A stretch of DNA of 32,000 nucleotides from Massilicoli timonensis (GCF_900199515.1 NZ_LT963433.1:30001-62000), one strand, 5' to 3'. Numbered from the stretch's first letter, positions 17,415 through 25,797 are shown. The notes: generated by a model from the sequence alone, not told the origin. Program-made: numbers and translations.

Positions 17415-17438
17415 TTTTCTGTAAAAATAGAAAGATTT
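17415..17438. promoter_or_regulatory. 24-bp box TTTTCTGTAAA-N5-AAAGATTT, copy A (upstream of HTH/gajA)
   Basis: The same bipartite box occurs at 19693-19716. Copy A lies 60-83 bp upstream of the HTH start. On the minus strand it contains TTTACA. Confidence 0.35.
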
Positions 17439-17774
17439 ACTTGATATTGATTAATTAAATTTAGTAATTGATAATATATCTAATATAATTCATGATTGTC
17501 ATACTGACGTTTTATCTCTGCCTTCCTTTAGATTCCATCTTACGCTGAATAACTATTGTTAGAATAATTGATTTCTTTTGTCATGCAAGTAAATTAAAAA
17601 GTTCATTATTGTTATTAACAATCTTGCAATAGATTTCTAGCATAAGAGCATCCTTGTCAATAGCGTATGTTTTTTCATTCTTACCGTTTATCTCTATCAC
17701 AGTATTAGGAAGCATCTTTATTCGTTTTTTTAAATATGTATATCTATTTAATTTGATATTAGAATTTCTATTTC

Positions 17775-19574
17775 TTATTTATTTTCCTTCGTTTTCCAAA
17801 AACGATAAATTGGATATTTAGTAAATTCCTCTTTTTGATTAGATTTTAATTTGTTAAAATACCTTCTAGCTTGAACATGTTGATCTAATAACAAATATGC
17901 ACCTAATTTACACATATCATTAGTAGTTTTGTTTTCTATAATATTCCATAGGCATAGTTGTTCATCTTCATTTAAAGAACGCATTCTCTTAATCACTTGC
18001 AAATAATTTATTTCATTTATAGCATAATCTGTTTCTATAGCGCTATTTTTTATCCAAGTAGCAAAATTAAATGATGTATTTAACAAATCTTTTCTTTTAT
18101 CATTAGATAAATCATAGGAGTTTAGCAAAGTAAGTAAAAATCGTATAGGTCTTTCAAAATTTGTATCTTTTTGGTATTTTTGAAAATCAATTAGAAAATT
18201 TTCTGTACGAAGATTAGAAATTTCTAATAAATTTCTATCAATTAATAACTCATATTTTGAAACTAAAATTTGTTGTTCATTTTCATCAGTAAACCCAACC
18301 TGCATATCTTTATCAAAAAAATCAAATAGCATATGTTCAATTCTTTCTTTTGATTTATCTCTTTGTAAAACTATAAGAAAATTCAGGTTCCCAATAGGGA
18401 ACAAAGTAATTATAGGAAGATCTTCTCTCAAACCATAAACAGGTTTATTATCTAGCAATGCCACAGATAGGCGAAAGAGATTTCTAGCTTGTTCATCTGT
18501 CAATGTAGATAAATCTAAGTCCGAATTACATTTTAAAATATCAAAAACACGAACCCCTCTACGAATATAATCTAAACGTTGTCTTTGATCTTTTATATTA
18601 AAATTTGAAAAATCTGCATTATTCTCATCAAATGGGAATTTTGTATCTTCAATTTGAAAATATCCATTTTCAATAAATGAAAGCATAAAATCTAAATCTC
18701 TATTTAGAATTCTCATAAAAGATGAATCCTTATATTTTATTCTACATGTATTACTTCCTTTTGTAATAATAATCTTAAAACTATCTCCAAGCTTTATAGT
18801 TGTTTCTATTAATGATTCAGTAACAAAATAGGAGTTATAAAACACTTTGTTATTAATCGTTATTTCTTTGTGTATTTCGTGATGCGTAAATCTCTCTTGA
18901 GGAATTATTTCAATAGGCTGAAGAATATTACATCCTTTTATTTTGGCATATAAATAAACATCGTTTTTTAATAATGCTTCTTGAGGATCATTTATTCCTA
19001 TTCCTGAGAAAGGAATGGTTATTCCTTCTAATAATCCTTTTTTTTCTAATTCTTCCAAAGATTCTAATTTTGTATCTACAAAACTTGCTTGCTTTCTACA
19101 ATTTTGTAAACAATTAAGAAAGATCGTAGTTTTAGAACTCTTGTCCTTTGGAAATTCATATAAAGTAACAGATTTTGTTTTCTTTCCTTTTATATCATTT
19201 AGCAAAAAATTAAGTCTCATTGGTGTCAATTCTCTATAATATATTTTTGTTTCTGATTTTTCATTTACATACACAACAAAAAGAATTGCACCACCATCTT
19301 TTAAATAATTTTTTAAGTCAATAACATTCATAGAATATTTTATTTCTTTATTTGAAAAATTATTAGCAAATTTGCCTTTTACTTGAATTGGTATTCTTCC
19401 CTTTAATGTGTCTTTGGTTTTCTTTTTGTTATCATAAATATATATATTTCCATCCCATGATGGTTCTTTGTCATTATCTGCAACAAATTCATCTAAAAGA
19501 GGACAAACTGTTATACTGTTTCGAACAGCATTTACAGATAAAGTTTCTATTGTCTTGCTATTAAACTTTGCCAT
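17775..19574 (-). CDS. 599-aa protein with DUF4365-like PD-(D/E)xK nuclease N-terminal domain and uncharacterised C-terminal two-thirds
   Basis: AAAGGAG lies 10 nt upstream of the ATG. The N-terminus LSVNAVRNSI...DKEPSWDGNIYIY...GRIPIQVKGK...GGAILFVVYV fits my recollection of the DUF4365 pattern (D-G-x-D/ I ... QVK). No motif was recognised in residues about 170-599. Confidence 0.7.
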   Translation of the reverse strand: MAKFNSKTIETLSVNAVRNSITVCPLLDEFVADNDKEPSWDGNIYIYDNKKKTKDTLKGRIPIQVKGKFANNFSNKEIKYSMNVIDLKNYLKDGGAILFVVYVNEKSETKIYYRELTPMRLNFLLNDIKGKKTKSVTLYEFPKDKSSKTTIFLNCLQNCRKQASFVDTKLESLEELEKKGLLEGITIPFSGIGINDPQEALLKNDVYLYAKIKGCNILQPIEIIPQERFTHHEIHKEITINNKVFYNSYFVTESLIETTIKLGDSFKIIITKGSNTCRIKYKDSSFMRILNRDLDFMLSFIENGYFQIEDTKFPFDENNADFSNFNIKDQRQRLDYIRRGVRVFDILKCNSDLDLSTLTDEQARNLFRLSVALLDNKPVYGLREDLPIITLFPIGNLNFLIVLQRDKSKERIEHMLFDFFDKDMQVGFTDENEQQILVSKYELLIDRNLLEISNLRTENFLIDFQKYQKDTNFERPIRFLLTLLNSYDLSNDKRKDLLNTSFNFATWIKNSAIETDYAINEINYLQVIKRMRSLNEDEQLCLWNIIENKTTNDMCKLGAYLLLDQHVQARRYFNKLKSNQKEEFTKYPIYRFWKTKENK

Positions 19575-19692
19575 ATTTCATCAACTCCTTTTTTTACTTT
19601 CTATTTTCTGTATTAATTCAAAGAACTCTTTAAAACCCTCTTTTTTCTCAACTATATCCATTATACAAGTAATGTAAACTAATGAACAGAGA

Positions 19693-19716
19693 TTTTCTGT
19701 AAATGCACAAAGATTT
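19693..19716. promoter_or_regulatory. 24-bp box TTTTCTGTAAA-N5-AAAGATTT, copy B (upstream of the DUF4365-like gene)
   Basis: Direct repeat of 17415-17438 (11+8 conserved positions, N5 differs). It lies 119-142 bp upstream of the start at 19574. Confidence 0.35.
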
Positions 19717-19791
19717 TCCTTAAAAACAGCATATTTTTCTGAATTTTATATAGAAATCCATTCCCTTAACTTCAATCCAATATGGGTTCAC

Positions 19792-20076
19792 ATGGACAAA
19801 CGCTATGGCACGCCTGCCTGTCGAGCCGGCTATCCATTGCTTAAAAGCGGCAGCCGCGGTGTCTACGTATTAGTCTTACAAGATGCATTAAACGCCTTAG
19901 GCTATTCGACGAGAACTTTAGACGGTGCTTTTGGTGCCAACACCCGCAATGCTTTGATGGCATTCCAGCGCAATAACAACTTAAGTGCAGATGGCATATG
20001 CGGTTGTGCAACATGGACCAGACTAGTAGCAGAAGCAGTCGGTATCGGAAGAACAGACACCGTTATTGATCCATAA
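19792..20076 (+). CDS. peptidoglycan-binding (PG_binding_1-like) domain protein, probably a 5'-truncated remnant
   Basis: 94 aa: GVYVLVLQDALNALGYSTRTLDGAFGANTRNALMAFQRNNNLSADGICGCATWTRL. No RBS precedes the ATG. The GC-rich coding sequence begins exactly where the AT-rich island ends. Confidence 0.5.
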   Translation: MDKRYGTPACRAGYPLLKSGSRGVYVLVLQDALNALGYSTRTLDGAFGANTRNALMAFQRNNNLSADGICGCATWTRLVAEAVGIGRTDTVIDP

Positions 20077-20287
20077 AAATCTTATTCTTATCTTTATCTT
20101 TTTGAATGCTATATTTGAATACTATAAGTGTTATCATTGTGATCTATGCGATAAAACAAATGATACCATTTGCTTTTCCAACGCAAAGAATGCACATGCT
20201 GAAAAGCTTTATCGGATCTGCAACAATAAATAAACATTAGCACATTCACTTAACAGCATAACACACAATAAGTGTGATATAACCAAT

Positions 20288-20335
20288 AAAAACACGGAAC
20301 ATCCCCTGAAACACTCAGGAAATAGACCGTGTTTT
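20288..20335. terminator. hairpin with flanking A/T runs, possible bidirectional terminator (tRNA operon / PG-binding ORF)
   Basis: AAAAACACGG ... CCGTGTTTT with an inner CCTGA..TCAGG stem. T-runs follow on both strands. The loop is long, so this is tentative. Confidence 0.4.
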
Positions 20336-20416
20336 ATTACACTTCCCAACAAACAATTTTCATAAAAACGAAAAATGAGCTTGACATTTCACTGCCAAAC
20401 TCATTCATCTACAAAA

Positions 20417-20492
20417 TGGTGGTCCCGGTCGGAATCGAACCAACGACACAAGGATTTTCAGTCCTTTGCTCTACCGACTGAGCTACGAGACC
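20417..20492 (-). tRNA. tRNA-Phe (GAA)
   Basis: 76 nt. Sense strand ggtctcgtagctcagtcggtagagcaaaggactgaaaatcctt...gggaccacca; anticodon loop CTGAAAA; CCA encoded. Confidence 0.95.
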
Positions 20493-20495
20493 ATT

Positions 20496-20572
<77 letters not shown>

Positions 20573-20593
20573 ATGTATAAAGATTTTCAAAAA

Positions 20594-20684
20594 TGGCGGA
20601 GGAACTGGGATTCGAACCCAGGCGCCAGTTTCCCGACCTACCGGTTTTCAAGACCGGACCCTTCAGCCACTTGGGTATTCCTCC
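20594..20684 (-). tRNA. tRNA-Ser (TGA)
   Basis: 91 nt with a long variable arm; anticodon loop CTTGAAA; CCA encoded. Confidence 0.95.
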
Positions 20685-20697
20685 AGATGTTTTCTAC

Positions 20698-20774
20698 TGG
20701 TGGACCCTGTAGGACTCGAACCTACGACCCACCGGTTATGAGCCGGATGCTCTGACCAACTGAGCTAAGGGTCC
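20698..20774 (-). tRNA. tRNA with CAT anticodon, probably tRNA-Ile2 (lysidine-modified)
   Basis: 77 nt. Loop CTCATAA; acceptor stem GGACC/GGTCC (C4:G69, C5:G68), resembling the Bacillus/E. coli Ile2 type. The Ile2 versus Met identity is an inference. Confidence 0.85.
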
Positions 20775-20788
20775 ATTTTTTATCAAAA

Positions 20789-20865
20789 TGGTGGCTAGGG
20801 TGGGACTCGAACCCACGGCCTTCCGGGTATGAACCGGATGCTCTAGCCAACTAAGCTACCTAGCC
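20789..20865 (-). tRNA. elongator tRNA-Met (CAT)
   Basis: 77 nt; anticodon loop TTCATAC, as in Bacillus elongator Met; CCA encoded. Confidence 0.9.
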
Positions 20866-20872
20866 ATCTAAA

Positions 20873-20949
20873 TGGTCGGGATGACAGGATTCGAACCTGC
20901 GACCCCTTGATCCCAAATCAAGTGCACTACCAAGCTGTGCTACATCCCG
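20873..20949 (-). tRNA. tRNA-Pro (TGG)
   Basis: 77 nt; 5' cgggatg acceptor; anticodon loop TTTGGGA; CCA encoded. Confidence 0.95.
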
Positions 20950-20954
20950 CAGTA

Positions 20955-21031
20955 TGGCGCGCCCAGTAGGAATCGAACCCGCAACCTTTTGATCCGTAGT
21001 CAAACGCTCTATCCAGTTGAGCTATGGGCGC
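20955..21031 (-). tRNA. tRNA-Arg (ACG)
   Basis: 77 nt; anticodon loop CTACGGA; CCA encoded. Confidence 0.95.
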
Positions 21032-21061
21032 ACATTTATCAGCCAGTTATCAGGCTTGTAT

Positions 21062-21090
21062 ATAATACCAAATATCTTTCGCTAACGCAA
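21062..21090 (-). promoter_or_regulatory. promoter of the 7-tRNA operon
   Basis: Minus strand: TTGCGT (21090-21085), 17-nt spacer, TATTAT (21067-21062). It lies about 30 nt upstream of tRNA-Arg. Confidence 0.5.
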
Positions 21091-21257
21091 CCCTTTTTTT
21101 CAACTTTTTTATATTTTCCAATCGATTTCCTTTCTCCGCTCCTTAAGCCACTCTTGCTCATCACTTTCCGTCGCTTTTCCCATCATCCCCTCTTTCCTTT
21201 TCCACATTCTCCTTTTATAATAACAGTGCACATCTCCCTAAAGAAAAGAGGACTGCC

Positions 21258-21893
21258 ATGAAAAAAACAACTGTCATTGAAATGCCGAAGCTCTCAAACG
21301 ATCAGCTGATTCCATACCAAAAGAACCGATTGACAGACAGCTACTACGAACAAACATGCTTTGATCATCTGCACATCGAACAATGTGGAGAACGCCTGCA
21401 TCTTTCATCATGCAAATTTGATCACTGCATCTTTTCCAAGTGCAATTTAGAACGCTTTGACGGTATGGATCTCCTATTTGACCACTGCGATCTTTCCAAT
21501 CTCGATTTATCCCACGCTGTTTTTCATCGCTGCATCTTCATCGACTGTCGCTTGACTGGCGCCGATTTCACCAATACCACTTTTCGCAATACGACCTTTC
21601 AAAATTGCAGCGCAGCCTACTTCAACGGCGCCTGCTCATCCTTCAAGCAATGTGCTTTTATTCAATGCGATTTATCCAACAGCTCTTTTAACGATTGTGA
21701 GCAGCAGCATCTCATCTTTCAGGAATGCAATTTGAATCAGTGTGAATTTCATCATACAAAAATGAATTGTGTCGATCTTTCTACCAGTACCATCGAAGGA
21801 ATTCTCCTTTCACTGGATACCATCAAAGGAATGAAAGTCAATCAGGAACAGGCGATCTCATTGGTCGCTTTGCTCGGCATCGAAATTGTTTAA
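21258..21893 (+). CDS. pentapeptide-repeat protein (Qnr/MfpA-like size and architecture)
   Basis: 211 aa of near-continuous A(D/N)LxX-type repeats (CDLSNLDLSHAVFHRCIFIDCRLTGADFTNTTFRNTTFQNC...). AAGAGGA RBS. Confidence 0.85.
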   Translation: MKKTTVIEMPKLSNDQLIPYQKNRLTDSYYEQTCFDHLHIEQCGERLHLSSCKFDHCIFSKCNLERFDGMDLLFDHCDLSNLDLSHAVFHRCIFIDCRLTGADFTNTTFRNTTFQNCSAAYFNGACSSFKQCAFIQCDLSNSSFNDCEQQHLIFQECNLNQCEFHHTKMNCVDLSTSTIEGILLSLDTIKGMKVNQEQAISLVALLGIEIV

Positions 21894-22405
21894 CATCATG
21901 CGCCCCACTATCCTGCTATATCGGCATTGATCATCAGTATGAGCAGCGCGATCAATTTGCGCCATCAACCGCATCACCAAAAATCCCCTTTCCCTAATAT
22001 ACAGCCAGTCATAAATGAAAAGTATCCATATCGCTCATCACTTATTTCATTTCCCGACATCAATCGTCTTATCAAGAACCATCAATAAACCGATCTGATC
22101 GATCAATGCGCCACCATCTCAATGCCCCTATACGCATCTCCTAACTCAGATCGGCTCTTCTGTTTTTGCTTTTATCCTGCTTTCTATGCCACAGGATGCT
22201 CTTTTTTCACAAAATAAGTGTTTATTCCCACATAGTCAAGCAATCAAAGCGACGCCCTTTTAGGCGCTTCCTACTGTTCACTCATCAAATCTGTTGCATC
22301 CTATCATAAAAATATAACATCATTTCATTTCACACGATCACCGCCATCCGGCAATTATTCATACTATAAGTGTTAATTAGCATTCATCCTTCCTTACTGC
22401 CCATT

Positions 22406-23623
22406 TTATTCAGTCTGCAATTTAGCCATTTCAACTAATAACTTCACACCGGTTTCCATCTGCGAAACTACTACAAATTCATACTTTCCATGGCAATTAT
22501 GATCGCCTGTTCCAATATTGGGACATGGTAGGCCTTCATATGTCAAACGTGCGCCATCCGTTCCTCCGCGAATCGCTTCCACTTCAAAGGCAATACCAAG
22601 CGACGCATATGCCTTTTCCAACAAATCCACACAGCTCATATCCTCTTCTATTTTTTCACGCATATTGTAATAAGAGTCTTCCATTGTCAGCACCGCACAA
22701 TCCGTACCGTATTTAGTATTGATAAAGCCAACTGCCGCTGCCATCAGCGCTTTTTTTCGCTCAAACTTCTCTCTGTCATGATCGCGGATAATGTACTCCA
22801 TCCGTGCTTCTTCCACTGCTCCATGCAGTTCACAAAGATGGAAAAAGCCCTCATAACCATCGGTGGCAGCCGGCGTTTCCAAAGCCGGAAGCAGTTGATG
22901 CAGCTCCATCGCTACCAAAGCCGCATTGATCATCTTTCCCTTTGCACTGCCGGGATGAATGCTGCTGCCGTGAATTTCCACCAATGCCGATGCTGCGTGA
23001 AAAGTCTCATAGCTGATCGTTTGGATTGGTCCTCCATCCACTGTATAAGCAAATTTAGCCCCGAATTTCTGAATATCAAAATGATCGGTGCCGCGTCCGA
23101 TCTCTTCATCCGGTGTAAAAGCGATCGCAATGCGTCCATGCAAAACACTAGGATGATGCACCAGATAATCCAGCGCTTCCATAATGATCGCGATGCCGGC
23201 CTTATCATCACCGCCCAACAGCGTCGTACCATCGGTTACGATCAAATCCTCATTGACATATTCCTTCAGAAAAGGAAATTCGCTTGTTTTCATAACGATC
23301 TGTTCCTTTTCATTCAATAGGATATCTTTGCCGTCATAATCTCGCACAACTCTTGCCTTTACGTTCTTGCCAGACATCTCCGAAGCTGTATCCATATGTG
23401 CGATCCAACCGATCGTTTCCACACCTTCTACATTTCCCTTAAGCCAGGCATACACGATGCCGTATTCATCTAAATGCGCATTTTCAATGCCGAGCGCATG
23501 CAGTTCTTCCACTAGATGTTTGCCTAATGCCAACTGCTTTTCGCTGCTGGGCACAGTATTTGATTTTCCATCAGACTGTGTGTCATATGCGACATAATCT
23601 AAAAATCGTTCCGTTACCGTCAT
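22406..23623 (-). CDS. pepT: peptidase T (tripeptide aminopeptidase, M20B)
   Basis: MTVTERFLDYVAYDTQSDGKSNTVPSSEKQLALGKHLVEEL...IAHMDT...GGDDKAGIA...TPDEEIG is a typical PepT sequence. Start chosen at Met18 of the track ORF, with GGAGG upstream. Confidence 0.9.
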   Translation of the reverse strand: MTVTERFLDYVAYDTQSDGKSNTVPSSEKQLALGKHLVEELHALGIENAHLDEYGIVYAWLKGNVEGVETIGWIAHMDTASEMSGKNVKARVVRDYDGKDILLNEKEQIVMKTSEFPFLKEYVNEDLIVTDGTTLLGGDDKAGIAIIMEALDYLVHHPSVLHGRIAIAFTPDEEIGRGTDHFDIQKFGAKFAYTVDGGPIQTISYETFHAASALVEIHGSSIHPGSAKGKMINAALVAMELHQLLPALETPAATDGYEGFFHLCELHGAVEEARMEYIIRDHDREKFERKKALMAAAVGFINTKYGTDCAVLTMEDSYYNMREKIEEDMSCVDLLEKAYASLGIAFEVEAIRGGTDGARLTYEGLPCPNIGTGDHNCHGKYEFVVVSQMETGVKLLVEMAKLQTE

Positions 23624-23694
23624 ATTTCTACCTCCATTTGCTGCTATTATATCATTTCCGATGTGATTGCACAAAAAGAAAGCAGATGCAGATC

Positions 23695-24138
23695 CTATTC
23701 ATTTGTCAAAACGATGCGATGCAGCCTATGATAGATCGTTTCATAATCATCACCCATTACTTGCAGTAGCTTTTGCAATGCCATCGGTACTTGATAGCGT
23801 TCCTTGAAATCATGAAGTGCCTTTTTTCCCATGTCGATCGCTTTTAATGCCTCATCGGCAATTTCGCGGTCATTGTTCACAACCAGATGTTTTACCATCG
23901 TCATAAGATCCGCAAATCGTTCGTCCATACCTTTTTCATTCGGTGTTTCCTCTCCTAGATCATGCAAATAGCGGATCAGATGTTCCTCATGTCTATGAAA
24001 CAATGCGATTGCTTCACGCATCAGATCCCGCAGTTCTTTGCAATCCGCTTTTTCCAGAAGGTCATCGAACGTAAAAATCCCCATATGTGTTCCTTTCAGC
24101 AGTTTTTCCAGCTCATCTTTCATTTTCTTATCCATCAT
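23695..24138 (-). CDS. small all-helical (four-helix-bundle/ferritin-like, DUF2383-like) protein of unknown function
   Basis: Start at MMDKKMKDE, preceded by AAAGGAG. The sequence is helix-rich and charged. The family call is tentative. Confidence 0.6.
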   Translation of the reverse strand: MMDKKMKDELEKLLKGTHMGIFTFDDLLEKADCKELRDLMREAIALFHRHEEHLIRYLHDLGEETPNEKGMDERFADLMTMVKHLVVNNDREIADEALKAIDMGKKALHDFKERYQVPMALQKLLQVMGDDYETIYHRLHRIVLTNE

Positions 24139-24319
24139 TTTCACTCCTTTGCTTGTAGTATGCGTCATAAGCGACAAGTCAATCCGCAAAGTTCCAAAAT
24201 ACGTTTTGATGGTTTTTCCCACTTCCCTTATACCTTTCCAAATCAACCACTCGATGATGCGCTCTTAATCAGTTATATTCTTGTTCGTATGATCTCTTTT
24301 TTATAGCATGCGCTTTTAT

Positions 24320-24327
24320 CCCCCCCC
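24320..24327. repeat. homopolymeric C8 (G8 on minus strand) tract
   Basis: tatCCCCCCCCagc in the region upstream of the 23695-24138 gene. Confidence 0.6.
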
Positions 24328-24427
24328 AGCCTTTTCGATTTCACACCGCTTTCTCTCCTATTGATTCATACATTGTTCTTTCTACCCTGTTCATCACTAC
24401 TACATCAATCCATTTATCAGCTAAGCA

Positions 24428-24467
24428 TAAAAAACAAAAGGGCGTCCTTGCTATGACCCCTTTTGTC
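24428..24467 (-). terminator. rho-independent terminator downstream of the M20 hydrolase gene
   Basis: Minus strand: CAAAAGGGG-tcatagcaaggac-GCCCTTTTG followed by TTTTTTAT. Confidence 0.55.
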
Positions 24468-24514
24468 TCTATCTGCTTTCCCTTTATTTATTATTTTATC
24501 TCATGGATCACCTA

Positions 24515-24564
24515 TGCTATTTGATTATCCATGTTATCTTGATTATCTGTGCTATTTGATTATC
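24515..24564. repeat. short tandem-like repeats (TGCTATTTGATTATC x2, core TTGATTATC x3)
   Basis: Exact 15-mers at 24515-24529 and 24550-24564. A third TTGATTATC is at 24539-24547, giving spacing of about 17-18 bp. Confidence 0.6.
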
Positions 24565-24624
24565 ATCTATTTTATTTAACATCTAGTCATTTGCAGCGAT
24601 CCCTTTTCCTATTTCGCAAATCTT

Positions 24625-25797
24625 TTAGCACCCCGCTTCTTTTTGCTGCTGAAATTCAGCCTTGACTTCCTCTAACAGACCCTGCTCCGAAAGCAGTCGA
24701 TAACCGATCATCGCCAAAGCGATCGCACCATCCCGCAGTCCCTTTTTTCCTGCTTCACTGATCGTTGCGCTTGCCATTTCCTTAGAATGACCGTTTACAC
24801 CGTGTTCCGCGATCTTTACATAGCCATGCAAAGCCGGACAGATATAGCTTACGATTCCAATATCACTTGATCCAAACGGTTCTTCTTCCACCGGCTCCAC
24901 ATTCATTCTGCCAACCTGATGATATTCTTCCTCTAATAACCGGCATAATGTATAATTGATCCGACAATCCTCATAAGGACACTCATAAGTGGAAACCTCA
25001 TAAGTACATCCGCTTGCCTTGCAGGCTCCTTCCACACAATCAATCGCCCGCTGCGATAATTCCTTCACATAAGCCATTGTCGTGCCTCTGAAATAATACT
25101 CCAATGACGCATAGGCAGGAATTACATTCGCCACTTCTCCCCCTTCTCTGATAATACCGTGAATATAAGTGTGCGGCAATACGTACTGTCTTAGCAGGTT
25201 GATGTTCAAATAACTCAAAACCGCCGCATCCAAGGCACTCTTGCCGTTCTCCGGGGAACAGCCATGCGTATTCACACCATGAAATTCAAATTTCAAAGGA
25301 TTCAAAGCCAGGGTTCTGCCGCCCAATCGATCATCTGTATCCGGGTGAATCATCATCGCTACATCCACATCATCAAAAACATGTGCATGCGCCATGGATA
25401 CTTTTCCACCGAAATTTTCTTCTGCAGGCGTGCCGATGACACGAATTTCCCCGCCGAATTGATCGACAGCATCTTTCAGTGCCGCACCGGCCGCCAATGA
25501 CATCGGTCCGATCAAATTATGTCCGCATCCATGCCCGACTTCCGGAAGCGCATCATACTCGCATAAATAGGCAATGACCGGTCCTTTCTTTTTCCCTTTA
25601 TAAATGCCGATAAAGCCGGTCGGAACAATATAGCCTTCCTGTGTTTGAAATCCTTGTTCTCTTAATCCCTGCGCCAGCATTTTCATAGATTCAAATTCCT
25701 CATTGCCCACTTCCGGGTGCGCATACATCTGTTTTACATAAGACATATACGTTTCTAAATGACTCTCAATTTCTTTTATGATCTGCTCTCTCAACAC
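24625..25797 (-). CDS. M20-family metallohydrolase/amidohydrolase (AbgB-like)
   Basis: 390 aa. YLCEYDALPEVGHGCGHNLIG metal-binding motif, GTPAEE, MIHP. GTG (or adjacent TTG) start after AGGAGGG. Confidence 0.85.
   Translation of the reverse strand: MLREQIIKEIESHLETYMSYVKQMYAHPEVGNEEFESMKMLAQGLREQGFQTQEGYIVPTGFIGIYKGKKKGPVIAYLCEYDALPEVGHGCGHNLIGPMSLAAGAALKDAVDQFGGEIRVIGTPAEENFGGKVSMAHAHVFDDVDVAMMIHPDTDDRLGGRTLALNPLKFEFHGVNTHGCSPENGKSALDAAVLSYLNINLLRQYVLPHTYIHGIIREGGEVANVIPAYASLEYYFRGTTMAYVKELSQRAIDCVEGACKASGCTYEVSTYECPYEDCRINYTLCRLLEEEYHQVGRMNVEPVEEEPFGSSDIGIVSYICPALHGYVKIAEHGVNGHSKEMASATISEAGKKGLRDGAIALAMIGYRLLSEQGLLEEVKAEFQQQKEAGC

Noticed and set aside
17460-17774. 44-aa minus-strand ORF (MLPNTVIEINGKNEKTYAIDKDALMLEIYCKIVNNNNELFNLLA) between the DUF4365-like gene and the HTH pseudogene
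   Set aside because: It has no convincing RBS or motif and may be a gene remnant. It is not supportable as a feature.
19575-20492. Search for a duplicated tRNA-Phe 3' fragment as an att site for the island
   Set aside because: No partial copy of the tRNA-Phe 3' end was seen at the island junction or elsewhere in the window. The island recombinase is also a serine type, not a tRNA-targeting tyrosine type.
20989-21261. 90-aa plus-strand ORF
   Set aside because: It overlaps tRNA-Arg and the tRNA operon promoter region. It has no RBS and a Pro/Phe/Leu-rich low-complexity sequence.
21894-22405. Possible terminator hairpins (ATCCTG...CAGGAT plus T-run near 22177-22215; AGCGACGCC...GGCGCT near 22247-22272) in the 500-bp gap between the pentapeptide gene and pepT
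   Set aside because: The stems are only 5-6 bp or imperfect, which is too weak to call.
22778-23320. 180-aa plus-strand ORF and other ORFs inside pepT
   Set aside because: They are antisense to a confidently identified pepT. No independent signals support them.
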